Origin: Eledone cirrhosa
Taxonomy: Eukaryota
NCBI GenBank assembly: GCA_964016885.1
Contig: CAXHJY010001456.1
Coordinates: 30,963-94,962 of the forward strand
Direction of reading: 5' to 3'
DNA: 64,000 nucleotides
In this document: one piece after another, positions 43,822 to 56,181 of the stretch
Layout of the letters: the number at the start of each line of letters is the position of its first letter
Numbering within the stretch: position 1 is the stretch's first letter
The notes under the pieces: generated by a model
Seen by the model: only the letters and a program-made list of their open reading frames with translations
Told to the model about the DNA's origin: nothing
The model's database searches: none
Made by a program: the position numbers and the translations under genes

Positions 43822-44453
43822 TGTTGGGTGTTATGTGGTGTGGAGTAGTGTGGTGTGTTTTTATGTGGAGTGGAGTAGTGTGGTGTGCTTTTATGTGGTG
43901 TGATGTAGTGAGGTGTGGTGTTATGTGGTGTGGAGTATTGTGGTGTGTTCTTATGTGGAGTAGTGTGGTGTGTTTTTATGTGGTGTGGTGTGGTGTTATG
44001 TGGTGTGGAATAGTGTGGTGTGTTCTTATGTGGAGTAGTGTGGTGTGATATAGTGAGGAGTTGTGTTGTGTTCGTATGTGGTGTGGAGTAGTGTGGTGTG
44101 ATGTAGTGAGGAGTGGTATGTTGTGTTGTGGTGTGATGTGGTGTGGAGTAGTGTGGTGAAGTGTGGTGTGATGTGGCACGGTGCAGTGTGATGTGGTGTG
44201 GTGCAGTGCGGTGCGGTGCAGTGTGGTGTTGTGCAATGCGGTGTGGTGCAGTGCGGTGCGGTTCTTCATCTTTCTCTTTCTCTTCTTCATCTCTGTATTC
44301 ATCTTCTTTGTTTTGTCTTCCATCTAAACAAAAAAAAAAATATATATAAAACATATGTAGCCAATCTCTCAGACTTTTACAAAGCTCCAAGGAGATACAT
44401 TTAATATAAATGGTGTGTTCCTGAACAGAGATACTACAAAATAGCTTAAAAGC

Positions 44454-44479
<26 letters not shown>

Positions 44480-44486
<7 letters not shown>

Positions 44487-45360
44487 ATATACACGGGTGT
44501 GTATGATTGTGTATAGAAGATTATATTAATAAAAGGAATTCCAACTTTGTCTGATTTACTCGTTTTATTTACAATCCTTTAAAATTATAATGGTATTAGA
44601 ATGAAATAGTATGGTAGAGTGTTCAGTATTAATTGAACAAGTACTTTCATGCTTTCGCAATCTTCAGGTTCATATTCTGTGGTGACAGTCAAGTTTGCAA
44701 TTTTCAACTGTAATGAGATGGGTAAATGTTGTGCCTTATATACAGTGAAAAGCGGCTACAGAATGCTAAATTTTGCAAACTGTATTTCGACCAATCGGTG
44801 TATAGTTTCACTGGATTACTGAAGCTGATTGGTTTAAGCATTATGGTTGGTTGAGCATGTCTAACGACTTCTATTTGGCCCTATTCAAAGCATCGATTGT
44901 TTTGCTATTTTTAGAAATGATGTAAATAGCATTTTCTAGGATTTTTATACCCCTAAGAATTATTATTGTTCATCTATCCAGTCGTGAACCAACAAACCTA
45001 AATGAAACGTTCTGTTAAATGTTTTTCCATTCTTGAAAAAATTCTTTATAACTATTCGCTGGACATTCAATATCTACTTTGATTGTCGCATATAATACAG
45101 TTGCAGGTGTGTACGTGATTGCTGTGGGTGTATTGTGCCCGTATGTATCACGCCTGCGTGAAACATGGGTGAGGGCAGCGAATACAGGTTGAGAGGGTGG
45201 CGACAGGGCGCGAGTGGTTCAATCATACAACCGCTTACCTCCTACAGTAGTAATTCTGATTTAAGAAACAGCTTTGATTGACAGGTAGCAAATGAAGGGA
45301 ACCAAATATAGGACGGCCATGAGTGGCCAAAAATACCGATGACGTGTACAATTCTTGACC
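44480..45360 (-). mobile_element. Decayed PLE-derived element (family G) with an HHR
   Basis: HHR near the (TA)n-abutting end. A weak GIY-YIG-tail-like reading (KILENAIYI..LN) occurs at about 44880-44950 on the minus strand. Confidence 0.5.
44634..44672 (-). ncRNA. Minimal hammerhead ribozyme motif, family G
   Basis: tgaac-CTGAAGA-t-tgc(gaaa)gca-t-GAAA-GTAC-TT-gttca. Confidence 0.85.
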
Positions 45361-45378
45361 ACTCATAGAATGACAACA

Positions 45379-45466
45379 ACAGGATCTAAGCTGTTTCATT
45401 CGTGAGAAATCATCAGGAGCTTCCTGATGATTTCTTACGAATGAAACAGTTCTAGTCCTGTAGAAG
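45379..45466 (+). ncRNA. Hammerhead motif family H (45420-45466) preceded by an inverted partial copy
   Basis: cttc-CTGATGA-t-ttc(ttac)gaa-t-GAAA-cag(ttctagtc)ctg-TA-gaag. 45379-45419 is its diverged reverse complement. Confidence 0.8.
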
Positions 45467-45484
45467 TTTTATCATATTAAATAT

Positions 45485-46254
45485 CATCATCATCATCATC
45501 ATTTAACGTCCATCTTCCACGCTTGCAAGGGTTTGGACGGGAATTTTCCCACTTGAGGCAAGAGTGGTTGTCTTGCTCGCATAGGACTGTCTGGCGGGTT
45601 TTCTACGGCTGGATGCCCGTCCTAACACCAACCACGTTTACAGTGTGGACTGGGAGGTTTTTCCCGTGTTACCTACACGGCCACATTACAGCGTGGACTG
45701 TGTGTTTTTTTGTCGTGACACCTACACGACCTCATTTGTTTCGGACTGGATGTTGTGGTGCCAACATAACTTTACATTGAAAGGGTGGTGTGGATGGGGT
45801 GGGGGTAGTGGGACATTGTCCAGTGACATTGTCTTGGAGAGGTGTGTGTGAGGTCGGAATTTATCAAGTCGTCCCAGGTTTTTCTGGGTCTGCCTACTCC
45901 GTGGCTACCGTCTATTTTTATCGCCCTGCGCTTTTTTATACAGCTGTCGTCTTTCATGCGCATCACGTGACTGTACCAACGTAGCCTTCTCTCGAGTAAA
46001 CAACATCTGATCCCTCTTATTCCTAATTTCTCCCTTAGTTCGTTTATGCTTTGCCGTTCACGTATATTACTATTACACATCCAGCGGTGCATGCAAGCTT
46101 CGTTTCTCTCCAGTCTGCTTATATCCTCTGCACACAATGCCCAGGTCTCACTGCCATGTAACATTGCTGTTCGTATGCAGGCATCATACAGCCTGCCTTT
46201 CATTTTTAGAGAGAACCCTTTAGCGGCCAATAGTGGTATAAGCTCTCTGAACTT
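45485..46254 (-). mobile_element. RTE-clade LINE 3' fragment with (GAT)n tail
   Basis: KFRELIPLL..KGRLYDAC..MLHGSETW..RRLRW.SHVMR..GRPRKTW. Near-identical to 62585-63455. Confidence 0.93.
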
Positions 46255-46274
46255 TATATATATATATATAAATA

Positions 46275-46471
46275 TATAACAAAGAAGGTGTGGTAAGATA
46301 TCAGGTGGACCATAATGCACCAGAGTACTCGATACTTTGGGTAGTAGAGTGGTTAATAGGGAAAAGAGTCAGGAACCCGACAGCTGAGCTCCTGCTGTTT
46401 CGACAGCTAGATCAATTCGGACCTAGCTGTCGAAATGGCTGCAGCTCAGCCGTCAGGTTCCTGACTCTTTT

Positions 46472-46472
<1 letters not shown>
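46275..46472. mobile_element. Pseudo-LTR-like fragment (family K) with a ~55-bp-arm hairpin made of two HHR 3' halves
   Basis: Inverted repeat at 46358-46472. Each arm reads GAAA-stem III-TC-(a/g)ggttcc, with no CTGANGA half. Confidence 0.5.

Positions 46473-46529
<57 letters not shown>
46473..46529. repeat. (GA)n microsatellite
   Basis: Direct reading. Confidence 0.98.
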
Positions 46530-46532
<3 letters not shown>

Positions 46533-46943
46533 CAGTGGGAATTCCTGAAAGTTAACCTGTTGAAGGCTGCTGATGAAATCTGTGGCTGGAGCAGACAGTT
46601 AGGTAGGAGGAGAGTGAGTTGGTGGTGGAACAGTAAGGTGGAGGGGTCCATCAAGGGAAAAAAGGAGACTTGGAAAGAATGGCAGGAGGGGGGTAGTAGA
46701 GAACTCCCAGACAGTGAACCATGTAATACAGAATGGGGTTATACCAAATGACTAGTGTAGCATTATCATCGTCAAATATTACAAGGGCAAAGGAGACGCC
46801 CTGCATAGAGGAAACTATAGGGGCATTAAGTTAGTTGACCAGGTCATGAAAGTCACAGAAAGAGTTCTTACTCAACTGATTAGAGACTGAATTGATCGAG
46901 ATGAAATGCAGTTTGGCTTTGTACCAGGTAAAAGCACTATGGA
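46530..46943 (+). mobile_element. RTE LINE internal fragment (internally deleted), interrupted by the Gypsy LTR
   Basis: W..LK..LLKAADEICG..WWWN..V, then KGKGDAL.RGNYRGIKL..QVMKVTERV...MQFGFVPGKSTMD. Confidence 0.85.
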
Positions 46944-47218
46944 TGTTGTATTCCTCTCGGTACTCGCAGAGAAAACACAACGAGTTATATCAAATAATTT
47001 GTGTATTGTACGAAAGAACCAAAACGCCCCTCCTCACAGTAGCAGAATAACAAAGTAAGAGAATCAGTCTGTGACCGAGTTTTTAATACCAACGCTGACT
47101 GACTGCCCAGGTCACGTGATTCATATGCAAATGTGTGAGCACGTGTAAATTGAATAAAACGAATTTAACAGTCCATACAACAATGAGGTTGTGAGTTCGA
47201 TTCCCAGTCCATACAACA
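46944..47218 (-). repeat. 3' LTR of the Gypsy element (TGTTGTA...TACAACA) with adjacent polypurine tract at 47219-47229
   Basis: 7-bp inverted termini. Minus-strand GGTGGGGAGG directly precedes TGTTG. Confidence 0.85.
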
Positions 47219-50200
47219 CCTCCCCACCGAAATTGATGCGACAAAAGAAGCATCAACAGCAAAGTCTCTCTGGGGGTTTACGAGTTCTCTTGGACCGTCT
47301 TCGATTGTCTGGTCCATACTCTGGAACGGGCAATAAGGTCTTGTGTCTGGTCTGTCTTGGAGTTAGTGGCACGATTTCCGAGATCTCCATCGGGTGATCT
47401 GTTGCAAATTCAAAAACAGTGTCTACTGCATCACCAGGTTCATTGTCTTCCTCAGTAGTGTACCGCGGTTGCAGCTGTTCCCAGTGTCGTCTCCACACCG
47501 GGCCATGAGGTATGACCTTAACGTTGAAGCAGCGAGTACCCAATGACTTCTTAATGATTGCTGGTACCCATCGGGGATCTTTGTCTCGGCGAGGTCCGTA
47601 GTACAGTGCATACACAGGATCTCCAGCCTTGTACTGCCTTAGCGAGACCTGCCGAGTCCGGAGTCATCTGAGACTTATATGCTTTCTTAGACTGCTTGCC
47701 TTGAGCGATGTGTGCTGGCGAGGGCAGCAGAGAATCAATCCTTGTCCGTATCTGCCGGTGATTCAAAAGTTCACTCGGAGAGAATCCACTGGATGTCGGT
47801 GTTCTCCGGTACTGCATCAAGAACTCTTGAAGTGCTCGCTTCGGCGGAAGAGAAGTCTTCCTCAGAGCTTGTTTGAAGGTCTGCACCAAACGTTCCGCTG
47901 CTCCGTTGGTAGCTGGGTGGTAAGGTGCCCCTGTCAGGTGCGTGATCCCACATTCTTTGCACCAGCTCTGGAACTCCTCAGAAACAAAAGTTGGTGCGTT
48001 ATCGGTGATTAGCGTGTGAAGAAATCGGAAGTGCGCAAAGTCTTCTTCAAGCAGATCTAAAGTGGCTCTGGAGGACGTGGATGACGTAGGATGAATGCAT
48101 GGATATTTGAATAAGCATCCGTGATCACCAACCAATTACTGCCCATGAAATTTATTGCGTGGTCCCGGTGTAAGCGGCTCCACGGCTTTTCAGGTAACAT
48201 CCATGGGTGAACTGGAGACTTGGATGGCTGGTTTTGATGTTCACCACACAAATCACATTGTCGACTGGTTTTCTCTATAGCAGCATCGATACCAGGCCAA
48301 TAAACAGCAGTTCTTGCCAATTGTTTCATGCGCTCCATGCCAAAGTGTCCGAGATGCAGAAGATTGAGGATCTTTGGCTGTAAGCTATGTGGAATCACAA
48401 CTCTCGATCCATGGATAAGGCATCCGTGGCAGATACTGAGTGAATCCGATAACTTCCGGAACTTATTGACTTCGTCATTGATCTCAGTATTCTTTGGTGG
48501 CCAGCCTTCACGGACGTAGCGTATCACTGTAGATATCACTGGATCTTTCCCTGACTCTTGACGGAGGACGTTAGCATCGATAGGTTGGACTTGAAGACAG
48601 AGCTTTGATGGCGCACACCATGTCCATGTCTTCACCATTTTCCTTCCTGTCAAAGTCATTACCAAATGGCAAGCGACTGAGGGCATCTGCATTGCCATGA
48701 TCCGCTGTTTTCCGATATTCGATGATGTAGTCAAACTGGTTTAGCCACAGGGCCCACCGTGCTAGTCGGTTAGCAGCGAGAAGTGGCGTCCCTTTCCTCG
48801 GACTGAACAGTGATGTCAGTGGCTTGTGGTCAGTTACGAGTATAAACTGATGTCCGTACAGATACTGATAGAACTTCTGCAAGCCAAATATGATGGCCAG
48901 GGCTTCCTTTTGAATTTATCCGTAGTTACGCTGTGCAGAAGTAAGAGTCTTGGACACATTGGATATTGGGCGCTCGCTTCCATCAGGATAGCGATGAAAC
49001 AGGACTGCTCCAATACCAACGTTTGACGCGTCGCAAGCCAGTCCCAAAGTTTTGTTTGGATCGAAGTGTATCAGAACTCGATCCGATGAAAGCACATTTT
49101 TCGACTGATCGAAAGCTGACTGTTCTTCATCTCCCCACTTCCAAGTAGTCGTTTTTTTCGTAAGGCAATAGAGTGGCTCTGCCATGCAGGCCAGGTTTGG
49201 GATAAACTTTCCATAGAACTGAACTGAACCCAGGAAAGACTTCAAGCTTGAGACGTTCGTTGGAGGTGGCATCTTTGAAACTGCTTCGACCTTGGATCCC
49301 TTCGCGATCCCTTCAGCCGACAAGGTGTGTCCAAGGTATTCCACACTGGGTAGTGCAAACTGGCACTTGTCACGGCGACATCTGAGTCCTTTGTCGCACA
49401 GACGTGTGAGCAGACACTTTAGGTTGTTCAGGTGATCGTTTGCATCTTTCCCACTGACGAGCATGTCGTCCTGGAAGACGGCCACACCAGGTAGATCTTG
49501 AGTCAGGTTTTCCATGATCTCCTGAAAGTAACCAGGTGCTGACTTGATTCCGAAAGGGAGTCCTTCCTGCAGGAGCACCCCACGGTGAGTGCTGAGTGCG
49601 AGCCAGCTTGATCTGATTATAGGCATCAGCAAGATCAATCTTTGTGTATCCGAATCCACCCCCGAGCTTCTGCATCAGTTCCTCTGGGAGTGGCATTGGA
49701 TGACGATGATCTGCAAGTTGGTCATTAATTCCCACAGAGTAGTCACCACAAATCCGTAGTTTGGGCTTCAGGTTGCCTGAAGTATGTGCTTTACGAATCG
49801 GTACCACTGGCGTTCCGTATTGGTTGAACTGTACTGGCTTCCAGATTCCTTTGGCGATGCCTTCTTCGTAACCTTTGGCCAGGTCATCACGAAGAGCAAA
49901 CGGGACCGAGCGTGTCTTATGAAAGACCGGTGTCGCGTCCGACTTGAACTTCACTTCCAGTTCGAAGTCATTAAGACATCCCAATTCTTGATTGAAGAGA
50001 TCTGGGAATTCATCACACATGTGACAATCTCGTTGCATGGAAATATAGGGCTCATTTGAGGTCTTTGGATGCATCGCTTCTGCACCCTCACTCTTGGCCT
50101 GGCTGTCTATGCTTTTCAATCCTAGAGCATTGTCCACGGAAATTTCCAGAGTCTGGATAGCGTTTCGTCCCAGCAAATTAAGATCAGGGATCTTGGTGAC

Positions 50201-50796
50201 GATGTAGAGTATTGAATTCCGTTTACCGGTCGTTGGATCCTTGGTTTGGCCCATGAAAGTTCCCAGAACGGGCAGGTCGTGCTTGCTGGCAGATTCAAAG
50301 CGATGTTTGACATATTGCAGCTTCGGTTTTCCTAATTGTTTCCAAACTGACAAGGAAACAAAATTGCCTGTAGTAGCTATGTCCAATTCCATTGTGAAAA
50401 GTCTGTTCTGGATTGTTATTGGCACATTCAAACTATGAGTATCGTGGGGAACTTCACCAAGGATCGCCTTGACTAGCTCAGCTTTCGTGATTCTTTTCAC
50501 GTAATTCTGTGAGCGATGATCACGTTGCTGATATTGTTTCTTTCTACACACCGCTTGCAAATGTCCCTTTTTGTCACAAAAATGACATTTGGCTTCTTTG
50601 AAGGGGCAGTCTGTTGCTTTGTGGGCCTTTCCACATCGGTAGCACATCTCCTGGTCTGTGGAATAAGACTGCTGATGGTTCTTTCGAGGACCATTGTTCT
50701 TGTTCAGCTGGACCTTGTAGACTTGCTTGGTTTTGGAACCGTAAACAGTTTCCTTGGCAACCTTTGCTGCGTCTTCGGTCCCGATGGCAACTTGGA
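46944..50796 (-). mobile_element. Decayed Ty3/Gypsy LTR retrotransposon (Mag-like), 5' part missing
   Basis: Double zinc knuckle CYRCGKAH..C/CHFC..KGH..C, protease MELDIA, RT FQDD, RNase H CDAS/TDHKPL and integrase HLGH..CDLC/ITDN/PATNGAAE, in PR-RT-RH-INT order with many frameshifts and stops. Confidence 0.95.
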
Positions 50797-51369
50797 CAGA
50801 AAGAAAGAAAGGAAGGAGAGAGAAGAAGGGGGAAGAAAGAAGAAGAGAAGCCAGGGTTAAGCCTGGCTTCTCTTCTTTCTTCCCCCTTCTCTCTCGTCCC
50901 TTTCTTTCTTTCTTTTACCTTGTGTCATGAGATTGACGTTAATCTATGTTCCCATCCCTTTCTGTTTTCGTTTATCTGACCGGTAGTAGCATACTATAAA
51001 ATTTAGCCACGTCACTCGAGAGCGACCGGCTGAGGTTGAAGGAACAGAATAGCGGTCGCCCTCGGGTCCTCGATTTTCAGCCCCATGGATTTTATCTATT
51101 ACATTCACGTATTATATTTCGAATACCTGATGATATCACCGGATTCATACGGAACCCGGTCATTGAAATGATCATAGTATAATAAACCTTTCAAGGATTT
51201 ACACAAATCCAGCCTCCTGTCATTTCATTATAATATTTAACTCCGTAATAGCACCACCAACTACAAAATCAAAGACGGTTGAACTGCCTTACGTTGAGTA
51301 CTCTATATTATTGCATTACGATTGACCATACGGAATAGACCACCTCTATACAGTGGTGAACCTCAAACC

Positions 51370-51372
<3 letters not shown>
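50797..51372 (+). mobile_element. Non-autonomous HHR element (family I) with a 5' fold-back; truncates the Gypsy gag
   Basis: Purine/pyrimidine inverted repeat at 50797-50913, followed by an HHR and a (TA)n end. Confidence 0.7.
51123..51180 (+). ncRNA. Hammerhead ribozyme motif, family I
   Basis: atac-CTGATGA-tatc-accgg...ccggt-catt-GAAA-TGATCA-TA-gtat. Confidence 0.85.
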
Positions 51373-51421
<49 letters not shown>

Positions 51422-51451
51422 TACATATATATATACATATACATATATACA

Positions 51452-52067
51452 TGGTGGCTGCCAACACGTTTTCGAGTACGGCCACTACTTTATATCCATG
51501 TAGGAGAACCCCTACCGATGCGCTGAACGAGTGTGACTTTTTAGTCCAGCCAGCGACTTGAAAACTCTGGTACAAACACTACACTTGTGACAATTACTGA
51601 CAGATAGTGCTGGGCCCATGGCACCATGTGACGATAAGTGCAGAGAGATCTCCAGATACAAAGCAATGCCTGTGCCGTGAAGCATTTATAGTGAGTGAGC
51701 AAAGGCACCGCACAAAGCCAGTCCCACTCTCTTAACCAAGATGATATTTACCAAAAAGAAGAACAAGTCAACATCATTGGGTACCATCAGGGTTGCAGGT
51801 GTTATATCCGAATTCTCCTTCTCCTAGAATTCTGCCTTGACAAAGGCTAAGGGGTCATCTCTCCCGGTGATTTTGGATGGCCATTGACTCTTAAGAGCTC
51901 CTCTGCCCTTTGACAGGTTTTGCTTTTAGTCCTGTAGGATGTCCAAAGTCACATTCCTCACCAAGAAACCTTGGTGGGGTTGCCAGTTTAGTCGCCAATG
52001 ACCCGACCATGAGACAGGTTGTACTGGGATACATGTTACCAGTAGCACCAAGTGGTGACCTGACATA
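51452..52067 (-). mobile_element. Probable 5' UTR region of an RTE-type LINE inserted in (TA)n
   Basis: Minus-strand motifs ggcgactaaac, aaaacctgtcaaagggc..aagagtcaatggcca and ctaggagaaggag resemble, from memory, RTE 5' leaders. No ORF is present. Confidence 0.45.
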
Positions 52068-52500
52068 CAATATATATATACATATATACATATATACATA
52101 TATACATATACATATATACATTTATATATATATACATATATATATATACATTTATATATATATACATATATATATATACATTTATATATATACATATATA
52201 TATATACATTTATATATATACATTTATATATATATACATATATATATATACATATATATATATACATTTATATATATACATATATATATATACATATATA
52301 TATACATTTATATATATACCTATACATATATATACCTATACACATATATACCTATACACATATATATATATATACATATATATATATAGATATATACACC
52401 TATACACACCTATACACATATATATATATATACATATATATATACATATATATATATACATATATACATATATACACATATATATATATATATATACACA

Positions 52501-52558
<58 letters not shown>

Positions 52559-52559
52559 C

Positions 52560-52590
<31 letters not shown>

Positions 52591-52640
52591 CATATATATA
52601 TACATATATACACATATATATATATATATATACATACATA

Positions 52641-52671
<31 letters not shown>

Positions 52672-53105
52672 ACATATACATATATATATATATACATACA
52701 TACACATATATATATATATATATATATACATACATATACATATATTTATATATACATATATATACATATATTTATATATACATATATACACATATATATA
52801 TATATATATATACATACATATACATATATTTATATATACATATATACACATATATATATATATATATATACATACATATATTTATATATACATATATACA
52901 CATATATATATATATATATACATACATATACATATATTTATATATACATATATACACATATATATATATATATATATACATACATATACATATATTTATA
53001 TATACATATATACACATATATATATATATACATACATATACATATATTTATATATACATATATACACATATATATATATACATATATATACATATATATA
53101 TATAC

Positions 53106-53136
<31 letters not shown>

Positions 53137-54748
53137 CATATATACACATATATATATACATATATATATATACATATATATATACATATATATATACTCA
53201 TATATATATATATACATATACATACATATATATATACTCATATATATATATATACATATACATATATATACATATATATATACTCTCATATATATATATA
53301 CATATACATACATATATATATACTCATATATATATATATACATATACATATATATACATATATATATACTCTCATATATATATATACATATATATATATA
53401 GACATATATACATACACATATATACATATACATATATATACATATACACATATATACATATACACATATATACATATACACATATATATACACATATATA
53501 TATACACATATATATATACACATATATATATACACATATACATATACACATATACATATACATATATATGTACACATATACATGTACACATATATATACA
53601 CATATACATATACACATATATATACACATATACATATACACAAATATATATATACATATATATATACATATATATATACATATATATATACATATATATA
53701 CATATATATACACATATATATACATATATATACACATATACATATATACATATACACATATACATATATACATATACACATATATATACATATATATACA
53801 CATATACATATATACATACATATATATATACATATATATATATACATATACATATATATACATATATATACATATACATATATATATATACATATACATA
53901 TATATACATATATATACACATATACATATATACATATATATACATATACATATATATACATATATATACACATATACATATATACATATATATACATATA
54001 TATATACACATATATATACATATACATATATATATACATATATATATATCAATATATATATACATATATATACATATATATACATATGCATATACATATA
54101 TATACATGTATATATACATATACATACATATACATACATATATATATACATATACATATATACATATACATACATACATATACATACATATATATATACA
54201 TATACATATATACATATATATATATACATACATACATATACATACATATATATATACATATACATATATACATATATATATATACATATACATATATATA
54301 TATACATATACATATATATATACATATATATACACATATATATACACATATATATACACATATATATACACATATATATATACATATATATACATATATA
54401 TACATACATATATACATATATATATATACATATATGCATATATATATATGTATTTAATTCTATTATTAATTCTGGCAATATTACACAAATATGACCCTCC
54501 CCAAGTATAACCATATATATATATACATATATACATATATATATATGTATTTAATTCTATTATTAATTCTGGCAATATTACACAAATATGACCCTCCCCA
54601 AGTATAACCATATATATATATACATATATACATATATACATACATATATACATACATATATATATATACATACATATATACATACATACATATATACATA
54701 CATACATACATATATATACATACATATATACATACATATATACATACA

Positions 54749-54794
<46 letters not shown>

Positions 54795-55741
54795 CATATA
54801 TACATATATATACATATATACATATACATATATATATATACATATACATATATACATATATACATATATACATATACATATATATATATACATATATACA
54901 TATATACATATACATATATATATATACATATACATATATATATATACATATACATATATATATATACATATATATATATACATATATACATATATATACA
55001 TATACATATACATATATACATATACATATACATATATACATATACATATATACATATACATATATACATATACATATATACATATACATATATATATATA
55101 CATATATATATACATATATATATATACATATATATATACATATATATATATACATATATATATACATATATACATACATATATATATATACATATATACA
55201 TACATATATATATATACATATATATATACATATATACATACATATATATATACATATATACATACATATATATATATACATATATACATATATATACATA
55301 TATATATACATATACATATACATATATACATATACATATATACATATACATATATATACATATATATACATATATATATATACATATACATATATATATA
55401 TATACATACATATATATATATATACATATATATATATACATATATACATATATATACATATACATATATATACATATATATATATACATATACATATATA
55501 TACATATATATACATATACATATATATACATACATATATATACATATACATATATATATATATATACATATATATACATATACATATATATATACATATA
55601 CATATACATATATACATATATATATACATATATATACATATACATATATATATACATATACATATATATATATATATATATATACATATATATACATATA
55701 CATATATATATATATATATATATACATATATATACATATAC

Positions 55742-55773
<32 letters not shown>

Positions 55774-56095
55774 ACATATATATATACATATATATATACA
55801 TATATATATACATATATATATACATATATATATACATATATATATACATATACATATACATATACATATATATATATACACACATATATATATACACACA
55901 TATATATATACATATATACTTATACATATATATATATACATATACATATATATATATACATATATATATATACATATATATATATACATATATATATATA
56001 CATATATATATATACATATATATATATACATATATATATATATACATATACATATATATATATACATATATATATATATACATATATATACATAT
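52068..56095. repeat. 4-kb (TA)/(TACA)/(TATACA) microsatellite
   Basis: Direct reading. Confidence 0.98.
54450..54609 (+). mobile_element. Two ~63-bp PLE-3-type pseudo-LTR tips
   Basis: ttattaattctggcaatattacacaaatatgaccctcccca at 54450-54512 and 54547-54609 matches 16644-16690. Confidence 0.85.
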
Positions 56096-56181
56096 AACTT
56101 TGAATAACTTTGAAATGTTTTGGCCAGTATTGGCCCAGGCCATGTCTAACTTAATAGCACCACCTGGCGAAGTCTTTCAAT

